DNA of 64,000 nucleotides from Escherichia coli (GTDB lineage Bacteria; Pseudomonadota; Gammaproteobacteria; Enterobacterales; Enterobacteriaceae): NCBI RefSeq assembly GCF_030384885.1, contig NZ_CP128613.1; one strand, 5' to 3'. Shown piece by piece: positions 54,167 to 62,500 of this stretch (position 1 is its first letter; each line of letters starts with the position of its first letter). The notes under the pieces were generated by a model. It saw only the letters and a program-made list of their open reading frames with translations, ran no database searches and was not told where the DNA came from. The position numbers and the translations under genes were made by a program.

Positions 54167-55624
54167 ATGACAATAACTCCACAAAACCTGATCGCACTGC
54201 TACCGTTGCTGATCGTCGGCTTGACGGTGGTGGTTGTGATGCTCTCCATTGCGTGGCGACGCAATCATTTCCTCAACGCTACGCTCTCGGTTATTGGGCT
54301 TAACGCGGCGCTGGTTTCGCTCTGGTTTGTCGGCCAGGCGGGCGCTATGGACGTTACGCCGCTGATGCGCGTTGATGGTTTCGCCATGCTTTACACTGGG
54401 CTTGTATTGTTGGCGAGCCTCGCCACCTGTACTTTCGCCTACCCGTGGCTTGAAGGCTATAACGACAACAAGGATGAGTTCTACCTGTTGGTGTTAATTG
54501 CCGCGCTGGGCGGGATCCTGCTGGCGAATGCCAATCACCTGGCGTCTCTGTTCCTCGGTATTGAACTGATCTCTCTGCCGCTGTTTGGCCTGGTCGGTTA
54601 CGCTTTCCGCCAGAAACGTTCGCTGGAAGCCAGTATCAAATACACCATCCTTTCTGCTGCAGCATCTTCTTTCCTGCTGTTTGGTATGGCACTGGTGTAC
54701 GCGCAGTCTGGCGACCTGTCATTTGTTGCACTGGGTAAAAACCTCGGCGACGGCATGCTCAACGAGCCGCTGTTACTGGCAGGTTTTGGCCTGATGATTG
54801 TCGGCCTCGGCTTCAAGCTCTCTCTGGTGCCGTTCCACCTGTGGACGCCAGACGTATACCAGGGCGCGCCTGCGCCAGTTTCTACCTTCCTGGCGACGGC
54901 GAGCAAAATCGCTATCTTCGGCGTGGTGATGCGTCTGTTCCTTTACGCACCAGTGGGTGACAGCGAAGCGATTCGCGTGGTGCTGGCGATTATCGCCTTT
55001 GCCTCTATCATCTTCGGTAACCTGATGGCACTGAGCCAGACCAACATTAAACGTCTGCTCGGCTACTCGTCTATCTCTCACCTCGGCTATCTGCTGGTGG
55101 CGCTGATTGCGCTGCAAACCGGCGAGATGTCGATGGAAGCGGTAGGGGTTTACCTGGCCGGTTATCTGTTCAGCAGCCTCGGCGCATTTGGCGTAGTCAG
55201 CCTGATGTCCAGCCCGTACCGTGGCCCGGATGCTGATTCCCTGTTCTCTTACCGCGGTCTGTTCTGGCATCGTCCGATCCTCGCGGCAGTGATGACGGTG
55301 ATGATGCTGTCTCTGGCGGGTATCCCAATGACGCTGGGCTTTATCGGTAAGTTCTACGTGCTGGCGGTCGGTGTCCAGGCACACTTGTGGTGGCTGGTGG
55401 GTGCCGTGGTTGTCGGTTCGGCAATTGGCCTCTACTACTACCTGCGCGTAGCGGTGAGCTTATACCTGCACGCCCCAGAGCAACCGGGTCGCGACGCACC
55501 GTCAAACTGGCAGTACAGCGCGGGTGGTATCGTGGTGCTGATCTCTGCACTGTTGGTACTGGTGCTGGGTGTATGGCCGCAACCGCTGATTAGCATTGTT
55601 CGGTTAGCAATGCCGCTGATGTAA
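54167..55624 (+). CDS. nuoN: NADH-quinone oxidoreductase subunit N
   Basis: 485-aa antiporter-like membrane ORF; intrinsic terminator follows. Confidence 0.97.
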
Positions 55625-55640
55625 GGTTGAGTGTTGATGT

Positions 55641-55670
55641 AAAAAAACCGCCGATTTCGGCGGTTTTTTT
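55641..55670 (+). terminator. Rho-independent terminator of the nuo operon
   Basis: A7, ccgccg-attt-cggcgg stem, then T7. Confidence 0.9.
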
Positions 55671-55766
55671 ATGGTGTTAATTGTTGCTAATAAAAAGAAC
55701 ATATAAATCTATATCTGCGTCGAAGTATAATGATTCACTTCCTAATACAATACACAAGGAAAACCA

Positions 55767-56483
55767 ATGGAATGGTTAAGTGAGATTCGCACACTTCGGG
55801 AGAACGTACCTGTCGGTATCCAGGCTGCCAGGCGTTTGTTAGAGAAGACGGGTGGTGATGTTGATGAAGCCATTAAGTTGTTTCATATTGATCAAATCAA
55901 TATATTGACGGCAAAAGCAGACGTCAGTCATCAGGAAGCAGAGACTGTTCTGCTGGAGACAAACTATGATATTGCAGAAGCTCTACGGCGTATTGATGAA
56001 CAGCGCTATACACTGACGGAATTGATTTTGCGTAAAAATAAGGATACCGGAGATGCTTTAAGTAACATAGAATTAGCAATAGCATATGAATGGAATCTGA
56101 CATGCCAATTCTGGTTTGGTTTTAAGGCATTCCAGTCGCTACCTCCACAATTACAAGCCTTTATGCTGGTATGTGAATGGCGTAACTATTGGGGATGGGA
56201 AGGGCTGGATAGTGCGTTATATTATGAGATAGAAAATGTCCCCCAACAATTACAGGTAGTAGGCTTAGATGAAATGGCTGAAGTTATTGTTGTGGCGAGA
56301 AATCGTTATGATGAGTTAAGAGTACAAGGCAAAGACCATAATAACATCATTAAAGATGATAAATTTAAAAAATTTATGAAGCACTGTGAACAACTGGATA
56401 GTGAAGCCGACGCTATATTACTGCAATTTGTAAAGGATAATATTGAGATTTTCCCACGTCGCCACAACGGACACGATTTATAA
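55767..56483 (+). CDS. Hypothetical protein with two N-terminal UBA-like helical repeats and a Trp-rich C-terminal domain (possibly the yfbN-position gene)
   Basis: 238-aa ORF with AAGGA 7 nt upstream of the ATG and TATAAT about 40 nt upstream. Residues about 7-39 and 44-76 follow the three-helix pattern of EF-Ts N-domain / NAC-alpha UBA-like modules. No family assignment could be verified. Confidence 0.7.
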   Translation: MEWLSEIRTLRENVPVGIQAARRLLEKTGGDVDEAIKLFHIDQINILTAKADVSHQEAETVLLETNYDIAEALRRIDEQRYTLTELILRKNKDTGDALSNIELAIAYEWNLTCQFWFGFKAFQSLPPQLQAFMLVCEWRNYWGWEGLDSALYYEIENVPQQLQVVGLDEMAEVIVVARNRYDELRVQGKDHNNIIKDDKFKKFMKHCEQLDSEADAILLQFVKDNIEIFPRRHNGHDL

Positions 56484-57053
56484 AAAATTATCCCAAAATT
56501 GAACAGGCTTTTTATCTGCCTGATAATTTCCAGGTAATGACAGGTTGAATTCCGTTTTTATCCAGGATGACAGATCGTTGCCAGCACAGATGATATCGCT
56601 GTTATATATTGAATACACGGGATTACCACCAGTATACGAAGATGTAGACATATATCGATGCTTATATAAAAGAATCAAAACTGGGCATTGGTTTGAGATT
56701 TTATCAAAATGATCTTTACGTGAATCTAAATTAAGTAGTTTTTCTCCCCATATATCAAGCCAAAAATTGTTTTTCATAACATCGTATAATATACCATCTA
56801 AAGGAATTTTTAATGTCTGTTTCACCTCGCGTTCCATTTTTCCAGAGTGTAGAGTTTGCCGCCAGTGAATAAAACCTTCAGTCGTTGGCAAAGCATTATG
56901 CAAAAATGCTTTACAATCGAGTGGAAAGCGGAAACTAAAAGTTTGCTCAATGGCAGTAATCTCGGTCTCACTCAAACCTGCATAGAATATAATTCCTTGA
57001 GCTTTTAATTTGTTAACCAGAAATGTGTAGTCCAATGCTTTTTTCAATTTCAT
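56478..57053 (-). CDS. Hypothetical protein, SMI1/KNR4 (SUKH)-like by motif resemblance
   Basis: 191-aa ORF convergent with the 238-aa gene; stop codons abut (TTATAA). The N-terminal LSETEITAIEQTFSFRFPLDCKAFL resembles the start of SUKH immunity-family domains. AT-rich codon usage. Confidence 0.65.
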   Translation of the reverse strand: MKLKKALDYTFLVNKLKAQGIIFYAGLSETEITAIEQTFSFRFPLDCKAFLHNALPTTEGFIHWRQTLHSGKMEREVKQTLKIPLDGILYDVMKNNFWLDIWGEKLLNLDSRKDHFDKISNQCPVLILLYKHRYMSTSSYTGGNPVYSIYNSDIICAGNDLSSWIKTEFNLSLPGNYQADKKPVQFWDNFL

Positions 57054-57107
57054 TACAATAACCTTAAAGCCTTATACTACAGGTTGAAACGAAGCTAAAT
57101 CATTCGT

Positions 57108-57143
57108 AAGCTGGATAAAATATTTTTGCATTATATCCAGCTT
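57108..57143 (-). promoter_or_regulatory. 10-bp perfect inverted repeat enclosing a TATAAT, between yfbM stop and the 191-aa gene start
   Basis: aagctggata-N16-tatccagctt; on the minus strand the loop reads ggatataatgc. Confidence 0.4.
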
Positions 57144-57204
57144 TTAATACGAATGCTTCATTTAAACTTCCAGACATCCACTTTCCATTGTGCTACCAGC
57201 TGAA

Positions 57205-57708
57205 TCACCCAACAATAACCGTCAGCGCATGATTCCCCTGTCGCAGTATACGCCGATAAGCGCTAATTAGTTTTTCCATATCAAGCATGATGGATGCAAA
57301 GAGTTGCCCCTCTAACTCTTCTGAAAAGGTTACTCCCGGATAAATCTCCATTTCATTGAGTCGCTGAATGGAAAACTGTTTACGCAGCACATTTCGGTCA
57401 AGAGCTTCCAGGCGGTCGATTGTCGCAGCTAACTCCTGATTCCAGGTCAACCCCAGGAAACCATCTATGCCATCTTCGAGGCTGTGTTCACCAAGCACGG
57501 CACGACTCAACGGATCATTCTTCGCTGGATCGAACGCAGAGGTGCCTGTCAGGCCAAAATGTAAAAAATCCCAGCGTTTATCAATATCCAGTCGGCGTAA
57601 TCCTGAAAGCGTGTCATGAATATTGTCCATTAAAGGTTTTTCAGCTGACTCAAGCAGTTGGTTAATCTTTTCTGAGTCGATTTCCGCAAAATAGCCAATC
57701 ATTCCCAT
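57205..57708 (-). CDS. yfbM: DUF1877-family protein YfbM
   Basis: 167-aa ORF starting MGMIGYFAEIDSEKINQLLES; recognised as YfbM. Confidence 0.88.
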   Translation of the reverse strand: MGMIGYFAEIDSEKINQLLESAEKPLMDNIHDTLSGLRRLDIDKRWDFLHFGLTGTSAFDPAKNDPLSRAVLGEHSLEDGIDGFLGLTWNQELAATIDRLEALDRNVLRKQFSIQRLNEMEIYPGVTFSEELEGQLFASIMLDMEKLISAYRRILRQGNHALTVIVG

Positions 57709-57807
57709 TTATTTTTCCTCCGTTGAATTTCATGTTTCGCATCTTAAAACAGATGAGGGAAAATAAAATGCGCATGTTGCTTTTTCTGGACCCGCCTCGA
57801 GAAAATT

Positions 57808-58809
57808 TTATTGTTTACTGTTGTATAACAAGGTGATAACGCCATCCACGACCTGAGCCATTTTCTGATAATTCAATCTGTCTGCGGTATCACCGGGCAA
57901 GTGGTATTGTTTATTACGATAAAAAGCGGTGTCGGTAATCATTACGGCGGGAATATCGTGTTGCCAATAATTAAGGTGGTCAGAGAAATCAATGCCGGGA
58001 ATAAACCCTGGGGCATTCATAGAATAAACAGATAAATCCTGAGATGACAACAATGCCGCTTTTAGCTGACGAACGGCGTTGATATCCTGCATTCTGCCGA
58101 CCACGGCAATAAAGTCTCCCCGATCGGGATAAAGCCAGGACATTGCCGGGTAAGGGTAATCCTGACTACCAGGCGCAGAGTCGTAATAGCCAATCATCTC
58201 CAGCGCTATCATTAATCTAACTGGACGCTCAAGCGAAGCTGCATGTACCGCGCTCCCCATTTCATCGCTACGAAAGAAGGGCGGTTCTTCCGACGCATAG
58301 GCGACCAGCTGCACGCCAGTTTTCGGTGCTTGCTGCTGTAACAAACGTGCCAGTTCGAGTAATCCTGCCACGCCGCTGGCGTTATCATCCGCGCCCGGCG
58401 TATAAGTCAATTGATCGTTTTCATAACTGCTGACAGAGTCATAGTGCGCACCAATAATAATCAGCGGTCCATCGGCAGGACCATAATCAGCAACAATGTT
58501 TTTGTAGGGACCTCCCGTAATGGGGACGTCCTGCGCGGTAACTCTGGCACCGCTACTGATAAAGACCTCTTTTATATACTCTGCGGACCTTTTCAGATTA
58601 TCAATATTGTCGGCACTACGGGGATGCACAGTTTGTGTAAGATAACGAACTGTTTTTTCTAATTGCTCAGGACTTGCGTGTCGGGGCGTTGGCGGTAATA
58701 CCTTAACCCAAGGTTGATACAAAATAACAAAAGGAAGTGACAGAATTAACGATATAAAACAGAGGGGTATTGTTATTTTCATATGTAATTTATCAATAAG
58801 AGGTGTCAT
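57808..58809 (-). CDS. yfbL: M28-family peptidase (aminopeptidase-like) YfbL with N-terminal membrane anchor
   Basis: ORF of 333 aa (alternative start at 58782); hydrophobic N-terminus followed by an M28 zinc-peptidase-like domain. Confidence 0.85.
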   Translation of the reverse strand: MTPLIDKLHMKITIPLCFISLILSLPFVILYQPWVKVLPPTPRHASPEQLEKTVRYLTQTVHPRSADNIDNLKRSAEYIKEVFISSGARVTAQDVPITGGPYKNIVADYGPADGPLIIIGAHYDSVSSYENDQLTYTPGADDNASGVAGLLELARLLQQQAPKTGVQLVAYASEEPPFFRSDEMGSAVHAASLERPVRLMIALEMIGYYDSAPGSQDYPYPAMSWLYPDRGDFIAVVGRMQDINAVRQLKAALLSSQDLSVYSMNAPGFIPGIDFSDHLNYWQHDIPAVMITDTAFYRNKQYHLPGDTADRLNYQKMAQVVDGVITLLYNSKQ

Positions 58810-59261
58810 TTCATCATTATTTATAATGAGTTGTAAACGGTTATTTTATTAGTGTTGGTAGTGATCTACAATAAGTATATTTTAAAGTGGGGGCGGAATT
58901 TTTAATAAAGAATTCATATGAGAAATAAAAATATAATTATGTTACTTATTGGCAGCTTGAGTTTGACAGGGGCGGGCAGGAGTATGAGGATAAAAATGTC
59001 AGCGAAAACAACCCACTACATCAACGGTTCAGAAAACATGTGCCGCTATACGCTGGAAATCTCCGCAGGCAAAAGATGAAGATTTACAGGGTTACAGTGC
59101 GGAATTTTTTCGTCTGATTGAACTGGCAGATGGCGTGACTGACATCAGTCAGTGATGACTTTTTAGCAAATAATTCCCGGACAGCCAGCTTATTTTCTGA
59201 CTGTCCGAATTGGTTAACAATTTGTTCCTGATACTCAATTTTTTGTTGATGAGTGTTCTTT

Positions 59262-60431
59262 TTATAGTTGTGTATAATAAGTATTTATTAGTGAATCGCC
59301 ATATTTATCTAAATAACAATTTCTGTTTGTCAGTCGATGTTGAAAATCAATTTCGTACTGCTCTTCTGCTGAATATTTTTTAAATCTGTCAGCATAGTTT
59401 TTTAATAACGTATAGGGAGCGCTGTCAGAATTGCTTTCCCTTTGTTCAATTACTTCTTTGGCTGCCATGCACACAAATGCACCGCAACTTTGGCTTAAAT
59501 ATTGCTGAAGATCGGCATGTAAAAATATTATCTCGGGTTCAGTTAAATGAACTTTTATATTATTATTCGACATTTCTCCCATGAGTTCAGAATTAAAACT
59601 ATTAATGACACGCTTAAGTGAATTTTCTTTATCATGGCCTAGTGCACGTAATGAGTTGAATATGACGCATTTTATTTGTTGTGTGTTATTTTTTTCATTA
59701 ACTATTTTTTGTAGCGAAACTAATATCCAGTGTCCGCCAGTATTTATGGGGAATAACTGGACTTCTTTCGGCCATGATGGATCGCTCTTAATATTATCAT
59801 TGAGAGCGATTTCCAGGTAAGTGCTGTTGGAATCGGGGAGGTAGAGACCAGTAGGATAATTGACTTGAGTATTTTTTGCATTAGCGGCGATCTTCTGAAG
59901 ATAGCAATCTATTTCATCCGTGGTTATTTGACGATTTTTATCCCAGAAGTTTGTACCATCGCTCAGTTCATTATTCTTATCATTTAAAAGTACCTTTGAA
60001 AGCGACTGTTTTTCAGATATAAGAGGAATATCATCACCGATAATTGTCATTAATTTTGACGGGGAGAATAGCTTTTTGAACAGGAGATCATCTGAATTAT
60101 CCGGACCAGCTGGTTTAAGGGGGGAGTTGGTTGCGGTATGTGCCAAATTATATAATTTTAAACAGGCATTTTTGATAAGTCGGATAATCGATAGGGTTTC
60201 ATTTGTTGGGTTTCTAACAATATGATAAAGAATATCTTCGGCTTTTTTTCCAAATTCATCATAACCTAACGCAATATTATGCAGTAACTCAATGCTTTCT
60301 TCATCTCCGGATAATGCTGTTTTTTTTAAAGACTGCAGTAATTCATCGGTCACAGTAAATTTTTCTGCAAATGTCTGACTGAGTTGGGTTTGAGATAATT
60401 GACAATAATTGCTGACAACTGTAACCATCAT
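59262..60431 (-). CDS. elaD: CE-clan (Ulp1-like) cysteine protease / deubiquitinase ElaD
   Basis: 389-aa AT-rich ORF with His in GGHWILV and catalytic Cys in QSCGAFV, the usual CE-clan order. Confidence 0.85.
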   Translation of the reverse strand: MMVTVVSNYCQLSQTQLSQTFAEKFTVTDELLQSLKKTALSGDEESIELLHNIALGYDEFGKKAEDILYHIVRNPTNETLSIIRLIKNACLKLYNLAHTATNSPLKPAGPDNSDDLLFKKLFSPSKLMTIIGDDIPLISEKQSLSKVLLNDKNNELSDGTNFWDKNRQITTDEIDCYLQKIAANAKNTQVNYPTGLYLPDSNSTYLEIALNDNIKSDPSWPKEVQLFPINTGGHWILVSLQKIVNEKNNTQQIKCVIFNSLRALGHDKENSLKRVINSFNSELMGEMSNNNIKVHLTEPEIIFLHADLQQYLSQSCGAFVCMAAKEVIEQRESNSDSAPYTLLKNYADRFKKYSAEEQYEIDFQHRLTNRNCYLDKYGDSLINTYYTQL

Positions 60432-60579
60432 AGGCTCCTTTTAGTTGCAAAGGTTGTGCTGAATGAAGATAAAAAGAGGCAACTTATTGCTCTGAATATA
60501 GTGCGTAAGGAGATGAATAAATATCAAAAATCGCTCAATATGCCCGTGTGGGTGGATATATGTAGCGCGGGTTACGATA

Positions 60580-60605
60580 ACAGGGCAAGTTTCGCCCTGT
60601 TTTTA
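60580..60605 (+). terminator. Plus-strand intrinsic terminator between elaD start and rbn stop
   Basis: acagggc-aagtttc-gccctgt followed by TTTTT on the plus strand; on the minus strand it is preceded by an A-run, so it may also serve rbn. Confidence 0.6.
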
Positions 60606-60618
60606 ATAATAGGCAGAG

Positions 60619-61536
60619 TTAAACGTTAAACACGGTGAAATCATGCGCCAGTTCAGTCGCCGGGAAAATTGACCTGCATTCACGTAACAGGTGCTGACAA
60701 CCTTTGTCATCATAGCGCGAGCTGACGTGGGTAATGATTAGCTTACCGACTCCAGCCTCACGGGCCAGTGTCGCAGCCTGGCGTGTAGAGCTGTGGCCGC
60801 GACTATTGGCTTTGGCTTCCATGGTTATATCCAGCGTCGCTTCGTGTACCATGACATCGACGCCTTTAGCCAGGTCAAGTGCGGCATCGCAGGGGCCGGT
60901 ATCACCGAAAATAGCGAGCGCTTTACCTGGCACTGGAGCGGCTAAGTAATCTGCGCCGTTAATCTGCCTTCCGTCTTCCAGCGTGATTGTTTTGCCCGCT
61001 TTTAATGCCTGAAACAGTGGGCCAGGCGGCACGCCAGCAGCTTTTAATGCCTGGGCATTTAATGCACCCGGTTTATCATGTTCTTCAATACGATAGCCAT
61101 AACATTCCAGTGGATGCTCCATCGGATAAGCGGTCACTTTGCGCAGGCCATCATCGAGAATTTCGCCAGCGCCAATTTCGACAATTTCCAGCGGATAATC
61201 GGTCCATGAGCCGCTAATCCGCAGCGCAGTCTCCACAAATTCACGGAGACCTTGCGGACCATAAATCGTTAAGGGTTGGACAATACCAGACATAGAACGA
61301 CTGCACAGCAAGCCGGGTAAACCAAAGAGATGATCGCCATGAAGGTGACTGATAAAAATCTTGTCCAGTTTTCCAGGGTTAAAGGCGGTATGCAGTAGCT
61401 GATGCTGGGTGCCTTCACCACAGTCAAACAACCAAAGACCGCTCCGGGTCGGATGTTGCAGGTTAAGCAATATTGCCGTGACATTGCGCGTACGGGTTGG
61501 CACACCGGCTGAAGTACCTAAAAAAATTAATTCCAT
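60619..61536 (-). CDS. rbn: RNase BN / RNase Z (metallo-beta-lactamase fold)
   Basis: ORF open to 61554; probable start [11 protein letters not shown] at 61536 (305 aa); HxHxDH motif (SHLHGDH). Confidence 0.93.
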   Translation of the reverse strand: MELIFLGTSAGVPTRTRNVTAILLNLQHPTRSGLWLFDCGEGTQHQLLHTAFNPGKLDKIFISHLHGDHLFGLPGLLCSRSMSGIVQPLTIYGPQGLREFVETALRISGSWTDYPLEIVEIGAGEILDDGLRKVTAYPMEHPLECYGYRIEEHDKPGALNAQALKAAGVPPGPLFQALKAGKTITLEDGRQINGADYLAAPVPGKALAIFGDTGPCDAALDLAKGVDVMVHEATLDITMEAKANSRGHSSTRQAATLAREAGVGKLIITHVSSRYDDKGCQHLLRECRSIFPATELAHDFTVFNV

Positions 61537-61600
61537 GAGTTCATCACGTTTCAAAAAATATTCCGGCTAGTATAAGGCATACATCTAAAAGGAGAGCATT

Positions 61601-62062
61601 ATGATTGAATGGCAAGATCTGCATCACTCTGAATTATCGGTTTCCCAGCTTTATGCCTTATTACAACTGCGTTGCGCGGTGTTTGTTGTCGAGCAGAATT
61701 GCCCTTATCAGGATATCGATGGTGATGATTTGACGGGGGATAATCGCCATATTCTCGGTTGGAAAAATGATGAACTGGTGGCGTATGCGAGGATTCTGAA
61801 AAGTGATGATGATCTTGAGCCGGTCGTTATAGGTCGGGTGATTGTCAGTGAAGCGTTGCGTGGCGAAAAAGTGGGGCAGCAGCTGATGAGTAAAACACTC
61901 GAAACATGTACGCGTCACTGGCCTGATAAACCTGTTTACCTCGGGGCGCAGGCGCATCTGCAAAACTTCTACCAAAGTTTTGGCTTTATCCCTGTGACGG
62001 AGGTCTATGAAGAAGATGGTATCCCACACATTGGGATGGCACGCGAGGTAATTCAGGCGTAA
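61601..62062 (+). CDS. elaA: GNAT-family N-acetyltransferase ElaA
   Basis: 153-aa ORF with GNAT acetyl-CoA-binding region. Confidence 0.92.
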   Translation: MIEWQDLHHSELSVSQLYALLQLRCAVFVVEQNCPYQDIDGDDLTGDNRHILGWKNDELVAYARILKSDDDLEPVVIGRVIVSEALRGEKVGQQLMSKTLETCTRHWPDKPVYLGAQAHLQNFYQSFGFIPVTEVYEEDGIPHIGMAREVIQA

Positions 62063-62116
62063 TCAATAACCATTGTCTATAGTTAGTGACAGGTTTTACG
62101 CAAATGGAGAACGAGA

Positions 62117-62422
62117 ATGTCTAATCAGTTTGGTGATACACGTATCGATGACGACCTGACGCTGCTTAGTGAAACACTGGAAGAGGTGCTCCGCTCCTCT
62201 GGCGATCCCGCCGATCAGAAATATGTTGAGCTGAAAGCGCGTGCAGAAAAAGCGCTGGATGATGTGAAAAAACGGGTTAGCCAGGCTTCAGACAGTTATT
62301 ACTATCGGGCGAAGCAGGCTGTTTATCGTGCTGATGACTACGTCCACGAAAAACCCTGGCAGGGAATTGGGGTGGGCGCGGCCGTTGGGCTGGTATTAGG
62401 ACTGTTGCTGGCACGCCGTTAA
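62117..62422 (+). CDS. elaB: Tail-anchored ribosome-associated protein ElaB
   Basis: 101-aa ORF with C-terminal hydrophobic anchor (GIGVGAAVGLVLGLLLARR). Confidence 0.92.
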   Translation: MSNQFGDTRIDDDLTLLSETLEEVLRSSGDPADQKYVELKARAEKALDDVKKRVSQASDSYYYRAKQAVYRADDYVHEKPWQGIGVGAAVGLVLGLLLARR

Positions 62423-62435
62423 AACCTCCCTACAC

Positions 62436-62472
62436 CGGGGTACTGCATTTTTTTTGTAGTACCCCGTATAAT
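62436..62472 (+). promoter_or_regulatory. Palindrome after elaB directly abutting a TATAAT (-10) upstream of menF
   Basis: cggggtact...agtaccccg 9-bp inverted repeat with a T8 tract in the loop, immediately followed by tataat. Confidence 0.5.
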
Positions 62473-62500
62473 GTGAGGCTTTTAACAGGGAGAGGTCCGC

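Noticed and set aside
59581-59820. 79-aa plus-strand ORF inside elaD
   Set aside because: Antisense to elaD in AT-rich sequence where stop-free stretches arise easily; no start signals.
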